Assembly (NCBI RefSeq): GCF_009914755.1
Contig: NC_060926.1
Length of the DNA stretch: 64,000 nt
Source of the DNA: the human T2T-CHM13v2.0 reference genome, Homo sapiens
Reading direction: 5' to 3' (one strand)
Shown here: one piece after another, positions 14,629 to 30,739 of the stretch
How the letters are laid out: each line of letters opens with the position of its first letter
How positions within the stretch are numbered: position 1 is the first letter of the stretch
Translations under genes and position numbers: made by a program
The notes under the pieces: generated by a model
The model's input: the letters and a program-made list of their open reading frames with translations, nothing else
Database searches by the model: none
What the model was told of the DNA's origin: nothing

Positions 14629-15519
14629 AGAAATTCTGCACTTCTAACTGAACAAAATATGCAATTAAATACACATGAGCAATGGAAATAAATTAACTTT
14701 AGTCAATTCATTTCTGTAGTTAAATAACAGTAGTTTATGGAAAATTAGTATTGCCTTATCAAAGGAGCCAAAAGCCATTTTCAAGACTGTAAAACATTTT
14801 ATATGTAGTAGTATTAAGTGGTGTAATAGTAAAATTTAAAAGAAAAACAAACAAACAAAAAGAAGATGAGCAAGCCTCTTGATCTTTCTGAATTTTAGCT
14901 TCTTCATGGGTAGGGTGAAGATGTGTTACTTAATGTTTGCCAATGTCTTATCTATCTTTACAATGCCAAGAAGTCATAAAATTTTTATGTTAAATATCTA
15001 AAGTATAAAATTACTCTCCAAACTACCCAAGGTACCCATGTATGTACTCATGCAACACTTAGACCCATAGTTCCCAAACTATGTGTCAAAGTGCCTTAGG
15101 GAGCTTTAGGCTTGTGGGTCATACAATTTCTTACAAAATAACTCAACTCTGTAGCCCTAAAGCAGACGTAAATAATATGCAAACACATGAGCATAGCTGT
15201 GTTTTGACAAAGCTTTATTTTCAAAAAGAAGTGGCCAACACCCAAGCTGTACTTCACTGAACTCTGGTATACAGTATATACATATATATTTATATATGCA
15301 CATTAAATATATGCGTTGATATGCGTTCAAGCAATGTACAAATATATGAAGTTTCCTAATTGATGAATAAAATGATAAACACATAAATACTTAAGTGAAG
15401 AATGGAGAGAAGGAAGACAGTAGGTAGATTAGAGATAGCCTGAGTCAAAAGGAATAAAAGCCACTAGTCAGGGAAAAGAGCTTAATACATTCATATACAT
15501 ATACACATACATATACACA

Positions 15520-15704
15520 CAGATGCTCCTCAATTTTACAATAGGGTTTTATCCCAATAAACCCCTCATAATTTGAACATATGATGGGCTTATCAGGAGA
15601 GAACCCCATCATAAATCAAGAAGTATACTAAATGCATACACTTTTGTACCATTTTAAAGTTGGCAAATATATGTTGAACCTTCCTAAGTTGGAAAATGGT
15701 CTAT
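15520..15704. mobile_element. MER47/Tigger5-family Tc1-mariner MITE
   Basis: cagatgctcctcaa...atcccaataaacccc TIR-like start. Confidence 0.7.
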
Positions 15705-16817
15705 CTATACATGTATGTATTTGTATATTTGTTCTCTGTTCCTCTATGAAATATTGATGACAAATTTGTTATTTATTTGTCGTAACAGTTCGTCTCAGAT
15801 GTGATAGATACACAGTGTGTATTATTATGAAACTTGTAAAAAGTTTTAAGAATAAATAAATCAATAAACATCCATTTCAATCCTGATAGTAATGAAGTTT
15901 AAACTCATTTCCTTGGTACTGTCTCTTAAAAATAGTAATAAAAGGTTTTGCTTGAGCAGAATGACTGCCTAATGTAGACATTACACTCTTGTGAAAATAA
16001 CCACTTTGATAATACAAAGATAGCCAGTCTGGTAGAGATTAAACTGAGACAGCTAAGCACCTGTGTTGCAGACATTCAGTTGGCCATGTTATCAAGACCC
16101 AAGATATTGTAACAAATAAATAAAGTCATAGTAGTAATAATAATAAAGCTAATCAGGCCAACAGAATGCCCCCCAAATTTATTTCCACTTAATAAATGCT
16201 CTTCTAACCTCATATTAAAAATTGTGTCTCTGATTCCAGTTAAAGACCAAATTTTAAAAATACAGAGACTCCAAATCTGATTCTGTATTGAATTCTAATG
16301 TGAAGATCTTTGCTGGAATGCTTCAAAGGAGATTAGAAATATTGATTATCATTTAAGTACTCTTAGATCACCAAAATCTCACTAATGAAGAATTTCTTTA
16401 TATCATGACTGTGATTGGCTAGTTAACAAACTATAAAATGAACATGTAATACATTAATCCCTCAATAACATGACCTGGAATCCCTACATTCTAAAAATAT
16501 CTCTTTGTTTTCTGCCTGTATTTGACAGAAATACGGCATTAATGAAATGTTCAGTTCTTGCTTAAAGTACATACCGGCATAATTTTTCAAGGAATGTAGG
16601 GCTTCAACACTTCTTAAAAGTCAAGTTTGACTCTTCCTAGGATAGAATATAGAGGTATGATTAGGTAACCTTAAGTGAGAGAGAGATTGCACGTAGAAAA
16701 TAAAGCTTATTCTGCCACCTAGAACAGTTTTTTGAATAGTCCTTGTTATGTCTGAATCTTGTCACTCAGGTCTCAGTTGAAATACTAGCTTTCTACAGAG
16801 ATCACTTTTTGATCACT

Positions 16818-17244
16818 GTTTTAGGAAGGGGTCTTTAGAAATTAGATTTTGGGACAGAAATGGGTATGTAGGAAGTTTACTGGAAATTGCCTTGGAATTA
16901 ACACCTGTAGTGGGGTGAAGGAACCTGGACTGGCAGAGAAATGTAGTCAAAATTAAGGCCACAGCAGATTCATCTTTTTCACCAGGAGCTCTGGTGCTGG
17001 AATGCATCTGTAGAATTATTCCAACTTTCCCCAGAGGAGTAGGCATTCATGTCCCCATATCAGTCAGCCATTGGATGAGGGATGGGTGCACACGCATGGT
17101 TGTCTTACCTCTCCTTGGCTGAGGATAATTCCCAGAGCAAGGCTCTGACTGAGAGCTTTCAGCCAAAAACACTCCCAGAAGTTGGGGGAGTAACAGCTTC
17201 AGTCCTAATGAGAGAAATAGATGGTTTAAAATGGCATCTGCAAC
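16818..17244 (-). mobile_element. LTR16C (ERVL), 3' LTR of the adjacent internal fossil
   Basis: tgttttagg...atctgcaaca termini; actcccagaagttgggggag and aagtttactgg match LTR16C reverse complement. Confidence 0.8.
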
Positions 17245-17285
17245 ATTCTACTCCCTGCACTATTCAGATACTTGTGATTCATATA

Positions 17286-17622
17286 CAGTCATGCATCCCT
17301 TACCAACAGGGATACATTCTGAGAAATGGGTCCTTATATGATTTCATCATTGTACGAACATCATAGAGCATACTTACGGAAACCTAGACTGTATAGCCTA
17401 CTACACACCTAGGGTATATGGTATAGTCTACTGCTCCTGGGCTACAAACCTGTACGACATGTTATTGTATTGAATATTGTAGTCAATTGTCACACAATGG
17501 TATTTGTGAATCTAAACATTAAAAAAAAGGTACAGTAAAAATTCAGTACTATAATCTTACGGCACCACCATTGTATAGGCGGCCCATCATTTATCAAAAC
17601 GTCATTATGCGGTGCATGAGTG
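17286..17622. mobile_element. Tigger3a (MER7A) MITE
   Basis: TIRs cagtcatgc...gcatgagtg, TA TSD on both sides. Confidence 0.9.
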
Positions 17623-17857
17623 TATTAAGTTCTGGAATCAGCTCCTCTAGAATCCCTGGAAAAACACAAAAAGGACAGTAAATGAGACAAACTACAGCCC
17701 ATGCACTATAGCTAGTCAGAAGTCATAAATGATATTCATTGTTTCTCTCTTCCATTATGATTTCTAGATTCACCTTTAACTAGTGCTTCTGAAGATCTGG
17801 GTAGCTACTAAATGCAGAATGTCATATCTGCAGGGTCTGGGTTCTTAGTCATCATAA

Positions 17858-18269
<412 letters not shown>

Positions 18270-19108
18270 AAGAATCACCAGGTTTATTATATGGGGGCCA
18301 TGCAAATTCTTCCTTGTCCCCATTGTGAAACAGCAGCCATACTTTCTCCCGGTGATCAAGGTAGCATCTCCAGGATGACTATCACTTTATTTGTCTCCTG
18401 GAGAACTGGTATGAGAAGGTCCAAGTGACAAGGTAGCAGCTATAGCTTAAATGTTAATGGGGCTTTTGTGGCCCCTCAAGGTCAAGGACCTTTAAACCTC
18501 TAGAACCAAGAACTGTAAGGACAGAAAGCATAGATTCCTAGGAGTTCAAGGCAGTGAGCTATGAGTCACTGGAAGTAATGATACACAGAGCCATTACTTA
18601 GCTCACATATTCATGTATTATACTGTTGAGGATGTACTCATACACAATGGTCCCTCATGTAGAGTGCATGCTGTCTCCTGGAGGATGGGTCCCCTCAGTG
18701 TGTTATTTCCAAGATGGTGTCTCTGTTGTGCCTTTACAAGGATCTTCTTTTGCTCTGTAAGGCTGGCAGCTTCTGAGTGTTGTAGGGTGTGACAGAGCCA
18801 GTGGATCCCATGGATATCTGCCACATCTCCTTTGCTGCAGTGTGAATTACTTGGTTCAATAAGATCTAACATATGACATAAATGTTGATGTAGTAAGCAG
18901 TCTTTAGTCCATTGTACAATGGTTCTGACAGAGACCCTGTGAGTAGAAAAGGCAAATCTATTCTTGGTTATATGGATGATGCCACTCAAGATGAATTTCT
19001 GCTCTTTCCAGAGTGAAAAATATTTAATACAATGAACGTGCCACCAAGTGGCTGGTTGGTCTTCTGAAAAGATGATGTCATATGGGAGGTAGAGAACTTG
19101 TCTCTGTT

Positions 19109-19406
19109 GGCTGCATGCAGTGGTTCACACCTGTAATCCAAGCACTTTGGGAGGCCAAGGCAAGAGGATCACTTGACATGAGTTCGAGGCCAGCCTGGGC
19201 AACAGGGCAACAAAGATCCTGTCTCTATAAACACCCTTAAAGAAATTGGCCATGCATGGTGGCACATGCCTGTAGTCCTAGCTACTTGGGAGGCTGAGGT
19301 GGGAGGATTGCTTGAACCCAGGAGTTTGAGGCTGCAGTGAGTTATAATCTTGCCACAGGACTTTAGCCGCTGAGTGACAGAATGTGACCACGTCTAAATT
19401 AAAAAA
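19109..19406 (+). mobile_element. AluJ
   Basis: Dimer; TSD aacttgtctctgtt / aattggtctctgtt, second copy at ~19545. Confidence 0.9.
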
Positions 19407-19543
19407 CACACACACACACACACACATATGAAATATATATAAAGGAATGTATAAGAATTATATATATACACACATATATTTGTATATACGTATGTGTGTA
19501 TGTACATGTGTGTGTGTATGTGTGTGTGTGTGTATATATGTAT
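19407..19543. repeat. Compound (CA)n/(TA)n/(TG)n microsatellite
   Basis: Directly visible. Confidence 0.9.
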
Positions 19544-20967
19544 CAATTGGTCTCTGTTATTGGCAGCTTAGGTATCCAAAGTGGCGGTAACTAAGATGGC
19601 ATATGAAATATGCTGACTGACATGAACTGGCTAACTTAACTTGGATGATCACTGCCTCTTTTAAGTTGCTCTTGGGGGAGTATTAACCTGTGACACAAAG
19701 ATGTTCACAAATTATGATCATTCCCATAGATCCATCCACATATCTAATTTCCATATCTCCTTTTTCTCAGTCATAATGTTTATCCTTCCAGGCCCCTGAA
19801 CAATTAGTCAATTCACCACAGTCCATGAGTCTGTAAACATCCTTATCTTGGGCCACTTTTCTTTCCACACCAAATGGAAAACTGCATCACTTGCAGCTCT
19901 CACCACTGGGAGAACTTATTCTTACAGTTGTTTTTTAGGGTCACTTTTAGTTTTTACCCACATGCTGAGCCAACTCCCCTGTGAACCAAGCTCAGTCACT
20001 TTCCTGCTCGGCCCACCAGTCATATTTGTCCTCATCACGCAGCCACAGGTATGTGCTGTGGGAGGGATTTTGATGTAATAGTGATGGATGACATGGAGTC
20101 TGGGCTACCTGATTACACATCATAGTTGTGCCCTCTATTTCTGCTCTTGCTCAATCCCAGGTGTGCAATTCCATCTTTTGATGGATTTCTTCTGCACCTA
20201 CCCCACCTTATGGCTGGATGAGACTCTCAGAAATTCATGATGGAAATATCTGGTTACAAAATCACTTGATATCTCGTGGTTGGCTGACACATATCTCCTA
20301 ATAACTGCTTTTGGTATATAGTATAATTCTCCAGTGAGGTGGCATGATCTTGGACCAGAACTCTAGGGGTGTACATTGTGATTCTCCTGTCAGAGTTTGC
20401 CATAAACTCTGCATTCTTTCCTACCACTGATATATGTAATAATATGTTATCTTTTGGATCATACGGCCCAAGTAGGGAAGCCACTTTCTCCTACACCCCC
20501 TACGAAGCATTTTTCCTCACTAGTTTTCACTGAAAACAGGCAGCCTTTGCTGTCACACACTAATGGGTAGAATGAGTATTCTCAAGTGTGAAACATGCTG
20601 TCTTTAGAATCCAAAGTAGTGCTGCACTTTGTCTTTTAATTTGATTGGATTGTTTCAACATGCCAAAGATAACTGGACTCCTAAAAACATCACTGCTGTG
20701 GTTGGCCCTTAAATCTTCATGGGGTTTATTTACACTTTCTAGGCCACACATGTTTTTCCAAGGCCTCTAACGCACTTGCAACGTCTTGCTACTCTAGTTC
20801 AGTTAATACGAGGTTATCAATACAGTGGACCAATTTGCAAAATATTTGGGTACCTGAACCAATTCTGCAAATTAGTTACATGGTCCAGATTTCTTCTGAC
20901 TAATTATGAATAGGAGAAATGAGGAAGTTAACATAGAGTTACATAAAAAAGTAAACGTACAGTGGGA

Positions 20968-21327
20968 AGTATTAGTCTGCTAGGGCTGCTGTAACAAAAT
21001 ATTATAAACTGAGTGACTTACACAACAGACATTTATTTTCTCACAGTTCCGGAGGCTGGAGAGTCCAAGATCAAGATATTGGTTCCTGGTGAGGGCTTCC
21101 TTCCTGGCTTGCAGACAGCTGCCTTCTCACTGTGTCCTCACAGGGCAGAGAGAGTGATAGAGAGCTCTGGTCCCTCTTTCTCTTCTTTCACTCACAGGGG
21201 CTCCAACCCTCATGACCATATATAAACCTAATTACCTCTCAAAGGCCTCACCTCCAAATACCATCATTTTTAGGGTTAGAGTTTCAAAATATGAATTTGG
21301 GGGAACATTAACATTCAGTTAATAACA
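20968..21327 (-). mobile_element. MLT1A0-like MaLR solo LTR
   Basis: gtattagtctgctagggctgctgtaacaaaat...aacattcagttaataaca; flanks tggga/tgggg. Confidence 0.88.
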
Positions 21328-21338
21328 TGGGGGAGGGG

Positions 21339-21654
<316 letters not shown>

Positions 21655-21759
21655 ATGGGGGAGTTTTGGTACAGATTTCCTTCATTGACTGAAAAAAAAA
21701 AGAGTCATAAAGAAAAAAAAAAACTCCTTTTTGCAGCCGCAGCCACCATTTCTCCACAT

Positions 21760-22680
<921 letters not shown>

Positions 22681-22792
22681 TTTATTCCCTCTACCTAGAA
22701 TAGTGCCTGACTGATAGCAAAAATTCAATGTATAACCATTTAATATATGAATAAATTAGTTTGCTTTGCTCTGCTTCCCAACCAGGAATGTA

Positions 22793-23103
22793 CTGGTTGA
22801 TAATTACTTATCCAAAATGCTTAGGACCAGAAGTGTTTTGGATTTCATATTTTTTCAGATGCTTTAATATTTGCATATACTGTACCTAATGAGATATCTT
22901 TGGAATAGAACCCAAGTCTGAAATTTATTTCTGTTTCATATACACCTTAACACACAGCCTGGAGGTGATTTTATACAATATCTTATACAATATTTAAAAT
23001 AATTTTGTATGTGAAACAAAGTTTGTATTAAGTATTTATACATGGAATTTTCCATTTGTGGTGTCATGTTGGTGCTTTAAAATTTTCAGATTTTGGAGCA
23101 TGT
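22793..23103. mobile_element. Tigger4/MER46 (Zombi) fragment
   Basis: cttatccaaaatgcttaggaccagaagtgttttggatttc. Confidence 0.8.
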
Positions 23104-23117
23104 CAAATACATATGTC

Positions 23118-23292
23118 TTTTTTTTTTTTTTTTTTTTTTTTTGTAAGAGACAGGGTCTTGCTCTGTTGCCCAGGCTGGAGTACTGTGGCATGACCATAGC
23201 TCACTGCAGCCTTGACCTCCTGAGCTCAAGCAATCCTCCTGCCTAAGCCTCCTGAGTGGCTGGATCTACAGAAGCTGCCACCACACCTGGCT
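23118..23292 (-). mobile_element. Alu right monomer (FRAM or truncated AluJ)
   Basis: Single arm with T tail; TSD acatatgtctt. Confidence 0.85.
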
Positions 23293-23673
23293 ATAGACCT
23301 AAACATATGTCTTGCAAATGTTTCACATGACCATAGAGTGAGATATTACTTACATCCATGAAAATTCTGAGTTCTAGAGAAACAATTCAAATTGTGCTGT
23401 TTATTATTGATTGATTCATAATTTCATTTATATATAGGCAGTAGCAATCTGTCTACAGCCTCCTTAGTGATAATATATGTGATCTTCCTTGTTCCTTCAC
23501 ACTGAGTAAGGTTTCATCCCTGTTTTTTGTAAGAGGTAGTCTGTGTTTTTTCCTTTGCCAATAACTCAGTGAGAGACCACTGCCCTCCAATATAACATCA
23601 AAAGTACCTGATCAACTAAGTCAAAAATTTACTTGATCTTCTCTTATGTTATGTAGGAAAAAAAATCTGTTTT

Positions 23674-24066
<393 letters not shown>

Positions 24067-24179
24067 TTACCGTTTGTCTTTAGCACATACTCATATCTAG
24101 GTCTACCTCTCTATTGATTATTCTTCCTTAAAATCTTTTTCTCTGAGATGATTATGTCATGATTTTACACATCCACATG

Positions 24180-24364
24180 TATATTAGTCTGTTTTGCATT
24201 GCTATAAAGGAATACCTGAGACTGGTAATTTATAAAGGAAAGAGGCTTATTTGGCTCATGGTTCTGCAAGCTGTCCAAGAAGCATGGTGCTAGCATCTGC
24301 TTCTGGTGAAGGCTTCAAGGAGCTTACACTCATAGGAAAGGAAAAAGGGGAGCAGATGTGTCAC

Positions 24365-24404
<40 letters not shown>

Positions 24405-24605
24405 AGCAGGACTGACTTTTTTGAGCAATCAGATTTGATGGTAACTAACAGACCAAGAATTCATTCATTACCATGGTGACAGCACCAAGTCATTCATGAG
24501 GAGTCTGCCCCGATGACCCAGACATCTCCCACTTGGCCCTATATCCAACACTGGGGATCACATTTCAACATGAAATTTGGAGGGGACAAATACCAAACTA
24601 TATCA
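24180..24605 (-). mobile_element. MSTA/MSTB MaLR solo LTR with (GA)n expansion
   Basis: attagtctgttttgcattgctataaaggaatacctgagac...caaactatatca; TSD acatg/atatg. Confidence 0.9.
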
Positions 24606-25390
24606 ATATGATTCTGCACATGAAATGGGTTAGCATAGTTAGAGATAATTAACTAGGCTCCAAGTCTATTAAGTTAATATAAATCCTAGGCAAATAAATT
24701 ATTTATATTTTCTAACAAAATATGTATTGAAGCTAAGCAGGCACATCTGATGAATCATTCACTCTTTTGTTTGTTGTTTCTTTTTAATTACACAAATTTT
24801 CAGTGATTATATTGAAAATCATGCAGGCAAAAGACTTCGAATAAACAAATGAAAGTTCTTAAAAGAAATGTTACATCCTAATGGCAACACAAACCTTCTA
24901 ATTTTTATTTTTTAATATAACTTAGAGGCTTTAAGTCACAGGTCAGATTAACTTCTGATGTAACCCAGCTATGCAGACTGTTTCCTACTACTGAAGACAT
25001 GAACATACATAGAATTTCCATCACCTAAAACTGTTTTGGCATCATTGTGATGGCCTACTGTACTTTTGCAAATTACTTTATCATCCTTGCTGCTTTGCTA
25101 TTCTTCTTGTCAATGCCATGTCTCTGATAATGTCACTTTGAACAGTGATTGTGTGAATGCTCAGAATTACTAATAATTTCCACAGACAGTATCTTGTAGT
25201 GAGGTAGTAACAGAATATTTTTCCATTCTGTGTCAGTGTCTTACAGGACTGATTTTTTACAAGATGGCTTTCTTGGCATCCAATGCAAGGACTCTCACCC
25301 CAAGAGAAAACTTTATGCACGAATTAGAAATGAGGGAATAAAGTTTCTTAAACTAGGACTGCATCAGAAGATGTGTTCTCTCTGTCTCTG

Positions 25391-25703
25391 TTTTTTTGTT
25401 TGTTTGTTTTTTGTTTATTGAGACAGGGGTCATGCTTCGTCATCCAAACTGAAGTGCAGTGGTGTGAACATGGCTGATTTGCAGCCTCAATTTCCCAGGC
25501 TCAAGCGATCCTCCTACCTCAGCTCCCCGAGTAGCTGGGACTACAGCGCATGCCACCACACCCAGCTAATTTTACATTTTTTTTTCTTGAGACAAGAGTT
25601 TTGCCTTGTTGCCCAGGTCTGATCTAGTCCTGAGCTCAAGCAATCCTTCCACCCCAGCTTCCCAAAGTTCTGGGATTACAGGCCTGAGCCACTGCACCCA
25701 GCC
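25391..25703 (-). mobile_element. AluJ
   Basis: Dimer; TSD gatgtgttctctct. Confidence 0.92.
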
Positions 25704-25736
25704 TGATGTGTTCTCTCTTAAAACGTTCTTAAACCG

Positions 25737-26053
<317 letters not shown>

Positions 26054-26361
26054 CTATAATCACTAATTAATGATGATCATCATAACTTCAACCACGGTAT
26101 TTTTAAAAGAGATATTTAAGAGACTTTTCCCCTGATAATTTTTATATTACTTAATTTGTGTATTATAACATGAAGGGAATAGGGATCACCGATTTGACAG
26201 TCTATTGTTCAGTCTAATTAAGTATATACAAAACTGAATTTCCTTAAAATACTGAAACTCAAGGATTAAAAATAAATTGTTTAGTAAGAGAAAGGAGAAA
26301 CAAGAAAGCCGATGGGAAAGACAATAAAGAAGGAACAATAAAAAGTTTGTGGGATTGGTTA

Positions 26362-26396
<35 letters not shown>

Positions 26397-26506
26397 GTGC
26401 TAGCCATAAGATTTATCATATGTCAGATAACTAGAAAATCAAAGCCTATATTTTAAAATCCAGGAGCCAAAATTTCGACAGCTGTTTTTTAAACAATGAC
26501 TCAGAT

Positions 26507-26566
26507 TAGCTAGCTAGCTAGGTAGGTAGGTAGATAAATAGAAGATAGATAGATAGGTATAGGTAT
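26507..26566. repeat. Compound (TAGC)/(TAGG)/(TAGA) tetranucleotide repeat
   Basis: Directly visible. Confidence 0.85.
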
Positions 26567-27207
26567 AACAAAATCTTTTTCAATTTACATCACGAGTATC
26601 TTATGCATTACCATCTTATTATAAATGCAAAATGTACTTTAAAATGCTAATTTTGAGAAAGATAATGACTAAGGCAATTTTATAGTACTTGTGATTTGTT
26701 CCGTTAGTATATTACTATTACAATTTCGAAAGACTTATAGAACATTTTTAGTCAGTCTTTTTAAGAAAACCTGAATGTGCAAAATTTAAAACAAGACATT
26801 ATCTTTTATAAAAGAATATATTAATATAATCTCATCTTTGTTTGAAGGGAAAAGACATCAAATAACCTTTATTTTTTTCCAAATTCATGAATTTATACAT
26901 ATTTGATCAGTATAAGTTTTTGAGATTACTTCACATAAAATTAATCTTTTCAGAATTATTGCTGTTAATTTGATCACCCAGAATACCAGTGATTTACTCA
27001 CCCTTTTCATGGTACTGGTTTTCACTTTCACCAGCTTACTTTTCTGGGTGATATATGGACCCTCCATAGATATTTACCCCTAGAAAAGAATCTACCTATT
27101 CCTAATATGTATGTATCTCAACTTACATAGATGAAATATGCAGGGAAAGGAGATTGTGGATTTGTAAATCTGGAGTAGAATTTAAAAAATCACTGCACAG
27201 ATAGACC

Positions 27208-27546
27208 AAAGTTTGCAAACTCAGATGCCAGCAGAGGTTTGGTAGGTAATATACAAGAATTGAACAGCCATATATAAACCAATATATTGGGGTGAATTTG
27301 AAAGCCTACGCCCCACGCAAAAAGAGAGCACATTATCTACAAAGCTCAAGCAAATTATTTCCTTGCTGAATGTAAAATCTATCTTTCCAACATAGAAGAA
27401 GTCAGAAATCCAATTCTTTATGTCAACTCAGTCTCAGTTAAATGCAGGTAAGCAATTTGAATTACTGTATTAAACAATGTACAAATCATACAAAACAAAT
27501 CTCTTGGAGACATTTGGCCTACCAGTAAGCCAATTTAAAACCTGTG
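27208..27546. mobile_element. MER102-like hAT element
   Basis: gtttgcaaactcagatgcc...ggtaggtaat start; ttggcctaccagtaagccaattt end. Confidence 0.55.
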
Positions 27547-27860
27547 TGGGGATCTAGTGCAGGAATTACAGATTTTCTATAACCAAAGTCTGAAAAAAAA
27601 ATTTAAATTGAATTTTAGCTTCATCCAACATAGCCACTTTTTCTACCATTACCTATTATTTCATTCCTGTTAGCTTTAATCATTTACCTGCTTGCAGGTC
27701 CTGAATGACCTTGAGATTGTAACTAATGTTGGTCCAAAAATCTCACTGACAATGTTATTGCGGCATGATCAGTGAAAGAGAAGTTGGGTTCATGGTTGAG
27801 AAACAGGGATGAGAAATATAGGAGACTGGTTGAATGGAGGTATGGTGGAACTATGACAAT

Positions 27861-27902
27861 GCCCCTGCTGTATCAGATGTGGCCCCTGCTGTATCAGATG
27901 TG
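27861..27902. repeat. Perfect 21-bp tandem duplication
   Basis: gcccctgctgtatcagatgtg x2. Confidence 0.95.
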
Positions 27903-28202
27903 GCACCTCCTCATCCATTTGAGCAGCCATAGCTATGTAGAAAAATCCTGAATTTATGTCATTAAAGATGTTTGATGTTAACATAGTAACTGATCATTTA
28001 TAAAGTAAATAATAGGGATTTGGCGTGTGTGTGTCTGGCCTTGTCAGAAGTAAACAAGGAGAATATTCATAATCTTACTCAAGTCATCTGGGGAAGGATT
28101 GCCCCTTGTAGTAAGACTTTTCTGGAAAACAAAGAGGTTTGGGGATTTCTTAACCCTAATGCTTTCTAGAATCTCAGGGTTCAGTTAAAACTCAACATTG
28201 GC

Positions 28203-28502
<300 letters not shown>

Positions 28503-28638
28503 TCAACGTTGTCAATAAATATCTGATGGTGACGTACAAAGAAAAAGCTAGAGAGAATTTCAGTTTAAAGAATTGTAAGTTCTATTAAGGAGATATTTTT
28601 TAACACAGCTCAAGGAAATATTATCCATTCCTGGAATA

Positions 28639-28852
28639 CAGTGGCTCTCAATTGGAGGTGATTCCTTCACGCTGAATCCTTGGGGACACCTGGCAGCATA
28701 TTTGGTTGTCACAAATGAATGTGGAAATGTGACTGGTATCAATTGGATAGAGGCCGGACTTTACACTAAACATCCTACAATTAACAGAGCCCCCCGCAAG
28801 AAAGAATTATTCACCCTAAACTTTCAACAATGCTGAGCTTGAGAGACTTTGC
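28639..28852. mobile_element. MER20 (hAT-Charlie)
   Basis: cagtggctctcaa...ttggttgtcacaa...taaacatcctacaa...aaagaattat. Confidence 0.85.
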
Positions 28853-28899
28853 TGTAGGGACAAAAACACAAGTTTGAGAATTTGATAATTCTCTGCCAT

Positions 28900-29440
28900 C
28901 TTCAAGCTACATGGATTCCCATAAGTAACTTAGCAAGTATGAGCCTCAGTTTTCTAATATGGTAGTTGGGCAAAATAAAATATATCAAAGAACTTGTGAG
29001 GATTAGTGAAGTAAACTCTGTGTAAACACCTACCACAGCGCCTGGCAAAAAAGTCAGGAAGAAAATAATAATTACCTCTCGATTTCCCACCCTCCTTTAC
29101 ATCGACTTCTCACTTCAGTTTCTCCAGACTAACTTTTTGGTGATCAACCATTTCATAGTGATGACGAGGAAAGTCTAAAAATTCTGGGTTTGGAAGTAAG
29201 AAAAAATCAGAGCTTTTGTACCACCAGGATCAGTTTTATGATCTTAGGCAAACCAACTTAGTCTCCGTGTTTTAGTTTTCTTATCTGTCAAAAGGACAAA
29301 AAGACATTTTCCCTTGCCTGTCTTGGAGATGAAAATAAATGAATTACTAGGAAAAGGAGCAATTTTCCCAGGAGAAGTGATCTATAAATGACTTGTGCTT
29401 TAGCAGTGTATGAAAGCACTTTGAGAAGTATGGACATTAT
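28900..29440 (+). mobile_element. Two MIR fragments
   Basis: gagcctcagttttct...gtgaggatta; tttagttttcttatctgtcaaa. Confidence 0.6.
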
Positions 29441-30227
29441 CTAAATTAAAGGATTTAAGTTATTTTACTATAAGTTACATTATTTAAATATAATGTATTT
29501 AAATAGTTTTTTGATGTGTGCTATTTATTTTTTAAGTTATATTTTAAATTAGAGAACTATCTATAGCATTAAAATATATATAGATGAGTCTCAGATTAAG
29601 ACTATAAAATTTCTCACATACCAATACACATTTCATCTCTGAATAGTCTTTCTTTTCATATTTTCTCAGTTTTGTTTCTTCAGGTAGTTTTCTTTATACA
29701 GTTTAAATAAATATTTTGATTTTTTTCCCCTGATTTACTAGCTTTAGATAGTATCATTTTATTTTACTTTTCAAAAGTTTAATGACATAGTGACTTACCC
29801 AACCATATGTTCTCTTTCCTTTCCTGGAGCTTGTTTATATTGGTATTTTAAATTTGTAAAGTTTACAAATTTCACATTTAATATGTAGCTAAAATTGTGC
29901 TCTAGCTTTACTATAGGTTGATTTTAAAAATATAAGCACAATAAAAACGACATTTATGATTTCAAAATTATGTGAATATGCAAACCAAATACTGAAATTG
30001 AAACTGTGGAGAAGGAAACGCAATCCTATGGCACTAAAGTTCTAATGCTCAAAAGATAATGTCCCAAGCATACACAAGTAGTAGCTTTTCCTTTCTTATG
30101 TGCTTATGTTTTCTCCACACATCTTCGGTGACCACTAACTCATGTTCATAATCATCCTCTCACTTTCTTTCTTGAAGGTGTTTTTGCTCTTTTTTTTTTT
30201 TAAATTACGTTGTATAGCTTTTTAATG

Positions 30228-30690
30228 CTCATTGGTTTCCCAGTAAGCAGACTCTGAAACAAAGATTTGTGTTCAGGAAATTGATAGGACATTGATTGGA
30301 TTTTGTTCCTAAGGATCAACTTGGTGGGGGATAAGGGGAGACAAAGTGAGATTAAACAGGGGAGCAAGATTGAGTAAAAGAAAAAGCTGGCCTGTGGAAC
30401 ACTCATAACAAAGGCCTCAACTGATTTCACAGGGAATCTCTTGGGTGGAGATGCCCCTTTGTCATTGTTCCAGCTGCCACAAGGGAGTAGGCATGGGGTG
30501 TAGGTTCCACCCAGGAGGCGGTGTGATCTTGGGCAAGGTGACTCTCGTCAACCAGGACAATATTGGGATGGTGGGTGGAGAGGAACTCAGCTGCAAACTT
30601 TCAGCCACCAATACTCCCAGCAGCTGGGGGAAGGCAAGCTTCAGGCCTGAAATATGTGACAGAGCAGGGAAAAATTCAGGCCACATGTAA
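30228..30690 (-). mobile_element. LTR16-family (ERVL) solo LTR
   Basis: cagactctgaaac...ccaatactcccagcagctggggga. Confidence 0.75.
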
Positions 30691-30739
30691 TAGGATCCAT
30701 CCAGAGCAATCCTCAAGAGGTAGATTTCTCACGAGATCC

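Noticed and set aside
18618-18989. Domesticated integrase gene
   Set aside because: The second catalytic Asp region (SDQG) is lost and flanking pol is riddled with stops and frameshifts
27861-27902. CRISPR-like repeats (also 8831, 12286, 34016)
   Set aside because: Only two or three abutting copies, no spacers, no cas genes; eukaryotic DNA
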